Below the pieces are notes generated by a model. It was given only the letters and a program-made list of their open reading frames with translations, searched no databases and had not been told where the DNA came from. 64,000 bases of DNA from Eledone cirrhosa (Eukaryota), in contig OZ024741.1 of assembly GCA_964016885.1 (NCBI GenBank), positions 396,180,001 to 396,244,000 of the forward strand, in the 5' to 3' direction. Within the stretch, counting starts at the first letter, position 1. Each line of letters begins with the position of its first letter. Positions 13,699-28,600 of this stretch are shown piece by piece. The translations under genes were made by a program, and so were the position numbers.

Positions 13699-16600
13699 AG
13701 TCAAAGTGCATCAATCAGTCACACCACAAGGGTCAATGTGCATCAATCAGTTACACCACAAGAGTCAATGTGCATCAATCAGTTACACCACAAGAGTCAA
13801 AGTGCATCAATCAGACACACCACAATGGTCAAAGTGCATCAATCAGTTACACCACAAGAGTCAAAGTGCATCAATCAGTTACACCACAAGAGTCAAAGTG
13901 CATCAATCAGTCACACCACAAGAGTCAAAGTGCATCAATCAGTCACACCACAAGGGTCAAAGTGCATCAATCAGTCACACCACAAGGGTCAAAGTGCATT
14001 AATCAGTCACACCACAAGAGTCAAAGTGCATCAATCAGTCACACCACAAGGGTCAAAGTACATCAATCAGTCACACCACAAGGGTCAAAGTGCATCAATC
14101 AGTCACACCACAAGGGTCAAAGTGCATCAATCAGTCACACCACAAGAGTCAAAGTGCATCAATCAGTCACACAACAAGGGTCAAATTCCTTCAATCAGTC
14201 ACACCACAAGAGTCAAAGTGCATCAATCAGTCACACCACAAGGGTCAAAGTGCATCAATCAGTCACACCACAAGGGTCAAAGTGTTTCAATCAGTCACAC
14301 CACAAGGGTCAAATTGCATCAATCAGTCACACCACAAGGGTCAAAGTGCATCACAGTCACACCACATGGGTCAAAGTGCATCAATCAGTCACACCACAAG
14401 GTCAAAGTGCATCAATCAGTCACACCACAAGATTCAAAGTGCATCAATCAGCCACACCACAAGGGTCAAAGTGCATCAATCAGTCACACCACAAGGGTCA
14501 AAGTGCATCAATCAGTCAGACCACAAGGGTCAAAGTGGATCAATCAGCCACACCACAAGGGTCAAAGTGCATCAATCAGTCACACCACAAGGGTCAAAGT
14601 GCATCAATCAGCCACACCACAAGGGTCAAAGTGCATCAATCAGTCACACCACAAGGGTCAAAGTGCATCAATCAGTCACACCACAAGAGTCAAAGTGCAT
14701 CAATCAGTCACACCACAAGGGTCAAAGTGCATCAACCAGTCACACCACAAGAGTTAAAGTGCATCAATCAGTCACACCACAAGGGTCAAAGTGCATCAAT
14801 CAGTCACACCACAAGGGTCAAAGTGCATCAATCAGTCACACCACAAGGGTCAAAGTGCTTCAATCAGTCACACCACAAGGGTGAAAGGACATCAATTGGT
14901 CACACCACAAGAGTCAAAGTGCATCAATCAGTCACACCACAATGGTCAAAGTGCATCAATCAGTCACACCACAACGGTCAAAGTGCTTCAATCAGTCACA
15001 CCACAAGGGTCAAAGTGCATCAATCAGTAACACCACAAGAGTCAAAGAGCATTAATCAGTCACACCACAAGGGTCAACGTGCATCAATCAGTCACACCAC
15101 AAGGGTCAAAGTGCATCAATCAGTCACACCACAAGGGTCAAAGTGCATCAATCAGTCACACCACAAGGGTCAAAGTGCATCAATCAGCCACACCACAAGG
15201 GTCAAAGTGCATCAATCAGTCACACCACAAGAGTCAAAGTGCATCAATCAGCCTCACCACAAGAGTCAAAGTGCATCAATCAGTTACACCACAAGAGTCA
15301 AAGTGCATCAATCAGTCACACCACAAGAGTCAAAGTGCATCGATCAGTCACACCACAAGAGTCAAAGTGCATCAATCAGTTACACCACAAGAGTCAAAGT
15401 GCATCAATCAGTCACACCACAAGGGTCAAAGTGCATCAATCAACCACACCACAAGGGTCAAAGTACATCAATCAGTCACACCACAAGAGTCAAAGTGAAT
15501 CAATCAGTCACACCACAAGGGTCAAAGTGCATCAATCAGTTACACCACAAGAGTCAAAGTGCATCAATCAGTCACACCACAAGGTCAAATTCCTTCAATC
15601 AGTCACACCACAAGGGTCAAAGTGCATCAATCAGTCACACCACAAGGGTCAAAGTGCATCAATCAGTCACACCACAAGGGTCAAAGTGTTTCAATCAGTC
15701 ACACCACAAGGGTCAAAGTGCATCAATCAGTCACACCACAAGGGTCAAAGTGTTTCAATCAGTCACACCACAAGGGTCAAAGTGCATCAATCAGTCACAC
15801 CACAAGAGTCAAAGTGCATCAATCAGTCACACCACAAGGGTCAAAGTGCATCAATCAGTCACACCACAAGGGTCAAAGTGTTTCAATCAGTCACACCACA
15901 AGGGTCAAAGTGCATCAATCAGTCACACCACAAGGGTCAAAGTGCATCAATCAGTCACACCACAAGGGTCAAAGTGCATCAATCAGTCACACCACAAGGG
16001 TCAAATTCCTTCAATCAGTCACACCACAAGGGTCAAAGTGTTTCAATCAGTCACACCACAAGGGTCAAAGTGCATCAACCAGTCACACCACTAGGGTCAA
16101 AGTGCATCAATCAGTCACACCACAAGGGTCAAATTCCTTCAATCAGTCACACCACAAGGGTCAAAGTGTTTCAATCAGTCACACCACAAGGGTCAAAGTG
16201 CATCAATCAGTCACACCACTAGGGTCAAAGTGCATCAATCAGTCACACCACAAAGGTCAAAGTGCATCAATCAGTCACACCACAAGGGTCAAAGTGCATC
16301 AATCAGCCACACCACAAGGGTCAAAGTGCATCATTCAGTCACACCACAAGGGTCAAAGTGCATCAATCAGTCACACCACAAGAGTCAAAATGCATCAATC
16401 AGTCACACCACAAGGGTCAAAGTGCATCAATCAGTCACACCACAAGAGTTAAAGTGCATCAATCAGTCACACCACAAGGGTCAAAGTGCATCAATCAGTC
16501 ACACCACAAGGGTCAAAGTGCATCAATCGGTCACACCACAAGGGTCAAAGTGCTTCAATCAGTCACACCACAAGGGTGAAAGGACATCAATTGGTCACAC

Positions 16601-19600
16601 CACAAGAGTCAAAGTGCATCAATCAGTCACACCACAAGAGTTAAAGTGCATCAATCAGTCACACCACAAGGGTTAAAGTGCTTCAATCAGTCACACCACA
16701 AGGGTCAAAGTGCATCAATCAGTAACACCACAAGAGTCAAAGAGCATCAATCAGTCACACCACAAGGGTCAACGTGCATCAATCAGTCACACCACAAGGG
16801 TCAATGTGCATCAATCAGTCACACCACAAGGGTCAAAGTGCATCAATCAGCCACACCACAAAGGTCAAAGTGCATCAATCAGTCACACCACAAGAGTCAA
16901 AGTGCATCAATCAGCCACACCACAAGAGTCAAAGTCCATCAATCAGTCACACCACAAGGGTCAACGTGCATCAATCAGTCACACCACAAGGGTCAAAGTG
17001 CATCAATCAGTCACACCACAAGGGTCAAAGTGCATCAATCAGCCACACCACAAAGGTCAAAGTGCATCAATCAGTCACACCACAAGAGTCAAAGTGCATC
17101 AATCAGCCACACCACAAGAGTCAAAGTCCATCAATCAGTTACACCACAAGAGTCAAAGTGCATCAATCAGTCACACCACAAGGGTCAAAGTGCATCAATC
17201 AGTTACACCACAAGAGTCAAAGTGCATCAATCAGTTACACCACAAGAGTCAATGTGCATCAATCAGTTACACCACAAGAGTCAAAGTGCATCAATCAGAC
17301 ACACCGCAAGGGTCAAAGTGCATCAATCAGTTACACCACAAGAGTCAAAGTGCATCAATCAATTACACCACAAGAGTCAAAGTGCATCAATCAGTCACAC
17401 CACAAGAGTCAAAGTGCATCAATCAGTCACACCACAAGGGTCAAAGTGCATCAATCAGTCACACCACAAGGGTCAAAGTGCATCAATTAGTCACACCACA
17501 AGAGTCAAAGTGCATCAATCAGTCACACCACAAGGGTCAAAGTGCATCAATCAGTCACACCACAAGGGTCAAAGTGCATCAATCAGTCACACCACAAGAG
17601 TCAAAGTGCATCAATCAGTCACACCACAAGGGTCAAATTCCTTCAATCAGTCACACCACAAGAGTCAAGGTGCATTAATCAGTCACACCACAAGGGTCAA
17701 AGTGCATCAATCAGTCACACCACAAGGGTCAAAGTGTTTCAATCAGTCACACCACAAGGGTCAAAGTGCATCAATCAGTCACACCACAAGGGTCTAAGTA
17801 TTTCAATCAGTCACACCACAAGGGTCAAAGTGCATCAATCAGTCACACCACAAGAGTGAAAGTGCATCAATCAGTCACACCACAAGGGTCAAAGTGCATC
17901 AATCAGTCACACAACAAGGGTCAAATTCCTTCAATCAGTCACACCACAAGGGTCAAATTCCTTCAATCAGTCACACCACAAGGGTCAAATTGCATCAATC
18001 AGTCACACCACAAGGGTCAACGTGTTTCAATCAGTCACACCACAAGTGTCAAAGTGCATCAATCAGACACACCACAAGGGTCAAAGTGCATCAATCAGTC
18101 ACACCACAAGGGTCAAAGTGCATCACAGTCACACCACATGGGTCAAAGTGCATCAATCAGTCACACCACAAGGGTCAAAGTGCATCAATCAGTCACACCA
18201 CAAGATTCAAAGTGCATCAATCAGCCACACCACAAGGGTCAAAGTGCATCAATCAGTCACACCACAAGGGTCAAAGTGCATCAATCAGTCAGACCACAAG
18301 GGTCAAAGTGGATCAATCAGCCACACCACAAGGGTCAAAGTGCATCAATCAGTCACACCACAAGGGTCAAAGTGCATCAATCAGCCACACCACAAGGGTC
18401 AAAGTGCATCAATCAGTCACACCACAAGGGTCAAAGTGCATCAATCAGTCACACCACAAGAGTCAAAGTGCATCAATCAGTCACACCACAAGGGTCAAAG
18501 TGCATCAACCAGTGACACCACAAGAGTTAAAGTGCATCAATCAGTCACACCACAAGGGTCAAAGTGCATCAATCAGTCACACCACAAGGGTCAAAGTGCA
18601 TCAATCAGTCACACCACAAGGGTCAAAGTGCTTCAATCAGTCACACCACAAGGGTGAAAGGACATCAATTGGTCACACCACAAGAGTCAAAGTGCATCAA
18701 TCAGTCACACCACAATGGTCAAAGTGCATCAATCAGTCACACCACAAGGGTCAAAGTGCTTCAATCAGTCACACCACAAGGGTCAAAGTGCATCAATCAG
18801 TAACACCACAAGAGTCAAAGAGCATCAATCAGTCACACCACAAGGGTCAACGTGCATCAATCAGTCACACCACAAGGGTCAAAGTGCATCAATCAGTCAC
18901 ACCACAAGGGTCAAAGTGCATCAATCAGTCACACCACAAGGGTCAAAGTGCATCAATCAGCCACACCACAAGGGTCAAAGTGCATCAATCAGTCACACCA
19001 CAAGAGTCAAAGTGCATCAATCAGCCTCACCACAAGAGTCAAAGTGCATCAATCAGTTACACCACAAGAGTCAAAGTGCATCAATCAGTCACACCACAAG
19101 AGTCAAAGTGCATCGATCAGTCACACCACAAGAGTCAAAGTGCATCAATCAGTTACACCACAAGAGTCAAAGTGCATCAATCAGTCACACCACAAGGGTC
19201 AAAGTACATCAATCAACCACACCACAAGGGTCAAAGTACATTAATCAGTCACACCACAAGAGTCAAAGTGAATCAATCAGTCACACCACAAGGGTCAAAG
19301 TGCATCAATCAGTTACACCACAAGAGTCAAAGTGCATCAATCAGTTACACCACAAGAGTCAAAGTGCATCAATCAGTCACACCACAAGAGTCAAAGTGCA
19401 TCAATCAGTCACACCACAAGGGTCAAAGTGCATCAATCAGTCACACCACAAGAGTCAAAGTGCATCAATCAGTTACACCACAAGAGTCAAAGTGCATCAA
19501 TCACTCACACCACAAGGGTCAATGTGCATCAATCAGTTACACCACAAGAGTCAATGTGCATCAATCAGTTACACCACAAGAGTCAAAGTGCATCAATCAG

Positions 19601-22600
19601 ACACACCACAATGGTCAAAGTGCATCAATCAATTACACCACAAGAGTCAAAGTGCATCAATCAGTTACACCACAAGAGTCAAAGTGCATCAATCAGTCAC
19701 ACCACAAGAGTCAAAGTGCATCAATCAGTCACACCACAAGGGTCAAAGTGCATTAATCAGTCACACCACAAGAGTCAAAGTGCATCAATCAGTCACACCA
19801 CAAGGGTCAAAGTGCATCAATCAGTCACACCACAAGGGTCAAAGTGCATCAATCAGTCACACCACAAGGGTCAAAGTGCATCAATCGGTCACACCACAAG
19901 AGTCAAAGTGCATCAATCAGTCACACCACAAGGGTCAAATTCCTTCAATCAGTCACACCACAAGGGTCAAAGTGCATCAATCAATCACACCACAAGAGTT
20001 AAAGTGCATCAATCAGTCACACCACAAGGGTCAAAGTGCATCAATCAGTCACACCACTAGGGTCAAAGTGCATCAATCAGTGACACCACAAGGGTCAAAG
20101 TGCATCAATCAGTCACACCACAAGGGTCAAAGTGCATCAATCAGTCACACCACAAGAGTCAAAGTGCATCAATCAGCCACACCACAAGGGTCAAAGTGCA
20201 TCAATCAGACACACCACAAGGGTCAAAGTGCATCAATCAGCCACACCACAAGGGTCAAAGTGCATCAATCAGTCACACCACAAGGATCAAAGTGCATCAA
20301 TCAGTCACACCACAAGAGTCAAAGTGCATCAATCAGTCACACCACAAGGGTCAAAGTGCATCAACCAGTCACACCACAAGAGTTAAAGTGCATCAATCAG
20401 TCAAACCACAAGGGTCAAAGTGCATCAATCAGTCACACCACAAGGGTCAAAGTGCATCAATCAGTCACACCACAAGGGTCAAAGTGCTTCAATCAGTCAC
20501 ACCACAAGGGGGAAAGGACATCAATTGGTCACACCACAAGAGTCAAAGTGCATCAATCAGTCACACCACAAGGGTCAAAGTGCATCAATCAGTCACACCA
20601 CAAGGGTCAAAGTGCTTCAATCAGTCACACCACAAGGGTCAAAGTGCATCAATCAGTCACACCACAAGAGTCAAAGTGCATCAATCAGTTACACCACAAG
20701 AGTCAAAGTGCATCAATCAGTCACACCACAAGGGTCAAAGTGCATCAATCAACCACACCACAAGGGTCAAAGTACATCAATCAGTCACACCACAAGAGTC
20801 AAAGTGCATCAATCAGTCACACCACAAGGGTCAAAGTGCATCAATCAGTTACACCACAAGAGTAAAAGTGCATCAATCAGTTACACCACAAGAGTCAAAG
20901 TGCATCAATCAGTCACACCACAAGAGTCAAAGTGCATCAATCAATCACACCACAAAGGTCAAAGTGCATCAATCAGTCACACCACAAGGGTCAAAATGCA
21001 TCAATCAGTCACACCACAAGAGTCAAAGTGCATCAATCAGTTACACCACAAGAGTCAAAGTGCATCAATCAGTCACACCACAAGGGTCAATGTGCATCAA
21101 TCAGTTACACCACAAGAGTCAATGTGCATCAATCAGTTACACCACAAGAGTCAAAGTGCATCAATCAGACACACCACAATGGTCAAAGTGCATCAATCAG
21201 TTACACCACAAGAGTCAAAGTGCATCAATCAGTTACACCACAAGAGTCAAAGTGCATCAATCAGTCACACCACAAGAGTCAAAGTGCATCAATCAGTCAC
21301 ACCACAAGGGTCAATGTGCATCAATCAGTCACACCACAAGAGTCAAAGTGCATCAATCAGTCACACCACAAGAGTCAAAGTGCATCAATCAGTCACACCA
21401 CAAGGGTCAATGTGCATCAATCAGTCACACCACAAGAGTCAAAGTGCATCAATCAGTCACACCACAAGGTCAAATTCCTTCAATCAGTCACACCACAAGA
21501 GTCAAAGTGCATCAATCAGTCACACCACAAGGGTCAAAGTGCATCAATCAGTCACACCACAAGGGTCAAAGTGTTTCAATCAGTCACACCACAAGGGTCA
21601 AAGTGCATCAATCAGTCACACCACAAGGGTCAAAGTGTTTCAATCAGTCACACCACAAGGGTCAAAGTGCATCAATCAGTCACACCACAAGAGTCAAAGT
21701 GCATCAATCAGTCACACCACAAGGGTCAAAGTGCATCAATCAGTCACACCACAAGGGTCAAAGTGTTTCAATCAGTCACACCACAAGGGTCAAAGTGCAT
21801 CAATCAGTCACACCACAAGGGTCAAAGTGCATCAATCAGTCACACCACAAGGGTCAAAGTGCATCAATCAGTCACACCACAAGGGTCAAATTCCTTCAAT
21901 CAGTCACACCACAAGGGTCAAAGTGTTTCAATCAGTCACACCACAAGGGTCAAAGTGCATCAACCAGTCACACCACTAGGGTCAAAGTGCATCAATCAGT
22001 CACACCACAAGGGTCAAATTCCTTCAATCAGTCACACCACAAGGGTCAAAGTGTTTCAATCAGTCACACCACAAGGGTCAAAGTGCATCTATCAGTCACA
22101 CCACTAGGGTCAAAGTGCATCAATCAGTCACACCACAAAGGTCAAAGTGCATCAATCAGTCACACCACAAGGGTCAAAGTGCATCAATCAGTCACACCAC
22201 AAGAGTCAAAATGCATCAATCAGTCACACCACAAGGGTCAAAGTGCATCAATCAGTCACACCACAAGAGTTAAAGTGCATCAATCAGTCACACCACAAGG
22301 GTCAAAGTGCATCAATCAGTCACACCACAAGGGTCAAAGTGCATCAATCAGTCACACCACAAGGGTCAAAGTGCTTCAATCAGTCACACCACAAGGGTGA
22401 AAGGACATCAATTGGTCACACCACAAGAGTCAAAGTGCATCAATCAGTCACACCACAAGAGTTAAAGTGCATCAATCAGTCACACCACAAGGGTTAAAGT
22501 GCTTCAATCAGTCATACCACAAGGGTCAAAGTGCATCAATCAGTAACACCACAAGAGTCAAAGAGCATCAATCAGTCACACCACAAGGGTCAACGTGCAT

Positions 22601-25600
22601 CAATCAGTCACACCACAAGGGTCAAAGTGCATCAATCAGTCACACCACAAGGGTCAAAGTGCATCAATCAGTCACACCACAAGGGTCAAAGTGCATCAAT
22701 CAGCCACACCACAAAGGTCAAAGTGCATCAATCAGTCACACCACAAGAGTCAAAGTGCATCAATCAGCCACACCACAAGAGTCAAAGTCCATCAATCAGT
22801 TACACCACAAGAGTCAAAGTGCATCAATCAGTCACACCACAAGGGTAAAAGTGCATCAATCAGTTACACCACAAGAGTCAAAGTGCATCAATCAGTTACA
22901 CCACAAGAGTCAAAGTGCATCAATCAGTCACACCACAAGAGTCAAAGTGCATCAATCAGTCACACCACAAGGGTCAAAGTGCATCAATCAGTTACACCAC
23001 AAGAGTCAATGTGCATCAATCAGTTACACCACAAGAGTCAAAGTGCATCAATCAGACACACCGCAAGGGTCAAAGTGCATCAATCAGTTACACCACAAGA
23101 GTCAAAGTGCATCAATCAATTACACCACAAGAGTCAAAGTGCATCAATCAGTCACACCACAAGAGTCAAAGTGCATCAATCAGTCACACCACAAGGGTCA
23201 AAGTGCATCAATCAGTCACACCACAAGGGTCAAAGTGCATCAATTAGTCACACCACAAGAGTCAAAGTGCATCAATCAGTCACACCACAAGGGTCAAAGT
23301 GCATCAATCAGTCACACCACAAGGGTCAAAGTGCATCAATCAGTCACACCACAAGAGTCAAAGTGCATCAATCAGTCACACCACAAGGGTCAAATTCCTT
23401 CAATCAGTCACACCACAAGAGTCAAGGTGCATTAATCAGTCACACCACAAGGGTCAAAGTGCATCAATCAGTCACACCACAAGGGTCAAAGTGTTTCAAT
23501 CAGTCACACCACAAGGGTCAAAGTGCATCAATCAGTCACACCACAAGGGTCTAAGTATTTCAATCAGTCACACCACAAGGGTCAAAGTGCATCAATCAGT
23601 CACACCACAAGAGTGAAAGTGCATCAATCAGTCACACCACAAGGGTCAAAGTGCATCAATCAGTCACACCACAAGGGTCAAATTCCTTCAATCAGTCACA
23701 CCACAAGGGTCAAAGTCCTTCAATCAGTCACACCACAAGGGTCAAATTGCATCAATCAGTCACACCACAAGGGTCAAAGTGTTTCAATCAGTCACACCAC
23801 AAGGGTCAAAGTGCATCAATCAGTCACACCACAAGGGTCAAAGTGTTTCAATCAGTCACAACACAAGGGTCAAAGTGCATCAATCAGTCACACCACAAGG
23901 GTCAAAGTGTTTCAATCAGTCACACCACAAGGGTCAAATTCCTTCAATCAGTCACACCACAAGGGTCAAAGTGCATCAATCAGTCACACCACAAGGGTCA
24001 AATTCCTTCAATCAGTCACACCACAAGGGTCAAAGTGCATCAATCAGTCACACCACAAGAGTCAAAGTGCTTCAATCAGTCACACCACAAGGGTCAAATT
24101 CCTTCAATCAGTCACATCACAAGGGTCAAAGTGCATCAATCAGTCACACCACAAGAGTCAAAGTGCATCAATCAGTCACACCACAAGGGTCAAAGTGCAT
24201 CAATCAGCCACACCACAAGGGTCAAAGTGCATCAATCAGTCACACCACAAGAGTCAAAGTGCATCAATCAGTCACACCACAAGAGTCAAAGTGCATCAAT
24301 CAGTGACACCACAAGGGTCAAAGTGCTTCAATCAGTCACACCAGAAGAGTCAAAGTGTTTCAATCAGTCACACCACAAGAGTCAAAGTGCATCAATCAGT
24401 CACACCACAAGGGTCAAATTCCTTCAATCAGTCACACCACAAGGGTCAAAGTGCATCAATCAGTCACACCACAAGGGTCAAAGTGCATCAATCAGTCACA
24501 CCACAAGAGTCAAAGTGCTTCAATCAGTCAAACCACAAGGGTCAAATTCCTTCAATCAGTCACACCACAAGGGTCAAAGTGCATCAATCAGTCACACCAG
24601 AAGGGTCAAAGTGCATCAATCAGTCACACCACAAGGGTCAAAGTGCATCAATCAGTCACACCACAAGAGTCAAAGTGCTTCAATCAGTCACACCACAAGG
24701 GTCAAATTCCTTCAATCAGTCACACCACAAGGGTCAAAGTGCATCAATCAGTCACACCACAAGAGTCAAAGTGCATCAATCAGTCACACAACAAGGGTCA
24801 AAGTGCATCACAGTCACACCACATGGGTCAAAGTGCATCAATCAGTCACACCACAAGGGTCAAAGTGCATCAATCAGCCACACCACAAGTGTCAAAGTGC
24901 ATCAATCAGTCACACCACAAGGATCAAAGTGCATCAATCAGTCACACCACAAGAGTCAAAGTGCATCAATCAGTCAAACCACAAGGGTCAAAGTGCATCA
25001 ACCAGTCACACCACAAGAGTTAAAGTGCATCAATCAGTCACACCACAAGGGTCAAAGTGCATCAATCAGTCACACCACAAGGGTCAAAGTGCATCAATCA
25101 GTCACACCACAAGGGTCAAAGTGCTTCAATCAGTCACACCACAAGGGTGAAAGGACATCAATTGGTCACACCACAAGAGTCAAAGTGCATCAATCAGTCA
25201 CACCACAAGGGTCAAAGTGCATCAATCAGTCACACCACAAGGGTCAAAGTGCTTCAATCAGTCACACCACAAGGGTCAAAGTGCATCAATCAGTAACACA
25301 ACAAGAGTCAAAGAGCATCAATCAGTCACACCACAAGGGTCAACGTGCATCAATCAGTCACACCACAAGGGTCATAGTGCATCAATCAGTCACACCACAA
25401 GGGTCAAAGTGCATCAATCAGTCACACCACAAGGGTCAAAGTGCATCAATCAGCCACACCACAAGGGTCAAAGTGCATCAATCAGTCACACCACAAGAGT
25501 CAAAGTGCATCAATCAGCCTCACCACAAGAGTCAAAGTGCATCAATCAGTTACACCACAAGAGTCAAAGTGCATCAATCAGTCACACCACAAGAGTCAAA

Positions 25601-28600
25601 GTGCATCGATCAGTCACACCACAAGAGTCAAAGTGCATCAATCAGTTACACCACAAGAGTCAAAGTGCATCAATCAGTCACACCACAAGGGTCAAAGTGC
25701 ATCAATCAACCACACCACAAGGGTCAAAGTACATCAATCAGTCACACCACAAGAGTCAAAGTGCATCAATCAGTCACACCACAAGAGTCAATGTGCATCA
25801 ATCAGTTACACCACAAGAGTCAAAGTGCATCAATCAGACACACCACAATGGTCAAAGTGCATCAATCAGTTACACCACAAGAGTCAAAGTGCATCAATCA
25901 GTTACACCACAAGAGTCAAAGTGCATCAATCAGTTACACCACAAGAGTCAAAGTGCATCAATCAGTCACACCACAAGAGTCAAAGTGCATCAATCAATCA
26001 CACCACAAGGGTCAAAGTGCATCAATCAGTCACACCACAAGGGTCAAAGTGCATCAATCAGTCACACCACAAGAGTCAAAGTGCATCAATCAGTTACACC
26101 ACAAGAGTCAAAGTGCATCAATCAGTCACACCACAAGGGTCAATGTGCATCAATCAGTTACACCACAAGAGTCAATGTGCATCAATCAGTCACACCACAA
26201 GGGTCAAAGTACATCAATCAGTCACACCACAAGGGTCAAAGTGCATCAATCAGTCACACCACAAGGGTCAAAGTGCATCAATCAGTCACACCACAAGAGT
26301 CAAAGTGCATCAATCAGTCACACAACAAGGGTCAAATTCCTTCAATCAGTCACACCACAAGAGTCAAAGTGCATCAATCAGTCACACCACAAGGGTCAAA
26401 GTGCATCAATCAGTCACACCACAAGGGTCAAAGTGTTTCAATCAGTCACACCACAAGGGTCAAATTGCATCAATCAGTCACACCACAAGGGTCAAAGTGC
26501 ATCACAGTCACACCACATGGGTCAAAGTGCATCAATCAGTCACACCACAAGGGTCAAAGTGCATCAATCAGTCACACCACAAGATTCAAAGTGCATCAAT
26601 CAGCCACACCACAAGGGTCAAAGTGCATCAATCAGTCACACCACAAGGGTCAAAGTGCATCAATCAGTCAGACCACAAGGGTCAAAGTGGATCAATCAGC
26701 CACACCACAAGGGTCAAAGTGCATCAATCAGTCACACCACAAGGGTCAAAGTGCATCAATCAGCCACACCACAAGGGTCAAAGTGCATCAATCAGTCACA
26801 CCACAAGGGTCAAAGTGCATCAATCAGTCACACCACAAGAGTCAAAGTGCATCAATCAGTCACACCACAAGGGTCAAAGTGCATCAACCAGTCACACCAC
26901 AAGAGTTAAAGTGCATCAATCAGTCACACCACAAGGGTCAAAGTGCATCAATCAGTCACACCACAAGGGTCAAAGTGCATCAATCAGTCACACCACAAGG
27001 GTCAAAGTGCTTCAATCAGTCACACCACAAGGGTGAAAGGACATCAATTGGTCACACCACAAGAGTCAAAGTGCATCAATCAGTCACACCACAATGGTCA
27101 AAGTGCATCAATCAGTCACACCACAAGGGTCAAAGTGCTTCAATCAGTCACACCACAAGGGTCAAAGTGCATCAATCAGTAACACCACAAGAGTCAAAGA
27201 GCATCAATCAGTCACACCACAAGGGTCAACGTGCATCAATCAGTCACACCACAAGGGTCAAAGTGCATCAATCAGTCACACCACAAGGGTCAAAGTGCAT
27301 CAATCAGTCACACCACAAGGGTCAAAGTGCATCAATCAGCCACACCACAAGGGTCAAAGTGCATCAATCAGTCACACCACAAGAGTCAAAGTGCATCAAT
27401 CAGCCTCACCACAAGAGTCAAAGTGCATCAATCAGTTACACCACAAGAGTCAAAGTGCATCAATCAGTCACACCACAAGAGTCAAAGTGCATCGATCAGT
27501 CACACCACAAGAGTCAAAGTGCATCAATCAGTTACACCACAAGAGTCAAAGTGCATCAATCAGTCACACCACAAGGGTCAAAGTGCATCAATCAACCACA
27601 CCACAAGGGTCAAAGTACATCAATCAGTCACACCACAAGAGTCAAAGTGAATCAATCAGTCACACCACAAGGGTCAAAGTGCATCAATCAGTTACACCAC
27701 AAGAGTCAAAGTGCATCAATCAGTCACACCACAAGGTCAAATTCCTTCAATCAGTCACACCACAAGGGTCAAAGTGCATCAATCAGTCACACCACAAGGG
27801 TCAAAGTGCATCAATCAGTCACACCACAAGGGTCAAAGTGTTTCAATCAGTCACACCACAAGGGTCAAAGTGCATCAATCAGTCACACCACAAGGGTCAA
27901 AGTGTTTCAATCAGTCACACCACAAGGGTCAAAGTGCATCAATCAGTCACACCACAAGAGTCAAAGTGCATCAATCAGTCACACCACAAGGGTCAAAGTG
28001 CATCAATCAGTCACACCACAAGGGTCAAAGTGTTTCAATCAGTCACACCACAAGGGTCAAAGTGCATCAATCAGTCACACCACAAGGGTCAAAGTGCATC
28101 AATCAGTCACACCACAAGGGTCAAAGTGCATCAATCAGTCACACCACAAGGGTCAAATTCCTTCAATCAGTCACACCACAAGGGTCAAAGTGTTTCAATC
28201 AGTCACACCACAAGGGTCAAAGTGCATCAACCAGTCACACCACTAGGGTCAAAGTGCATCAATCAGTCACACCACAAGGGTCAAATTCCTTCAATCAGTC
28301 ACACCACAAGGGTCAAAGTGTTTCAATCAGTCACACCACAAGGGTCAAAGTGCATCAATCAGTCACACCACTAGGGTCAAAGTGCATCAATCAGTCACAC
28401 CACAAAGGTCAAAGTGCATCAATCAGTCACACCACAAGGGTCAAAGTGCATCAATCAGCCACACCACAAGGGTCAAAGTGCATCATTCAGTCACACCACA
28501 AGGGTCAAAGTGCATCAATCAGTCACACCACAAGAGTCAAAATGCATCAATCAGTCACACCACAAGGGTCAAAGTGCATCAATCAGTCACACCACAAGAG

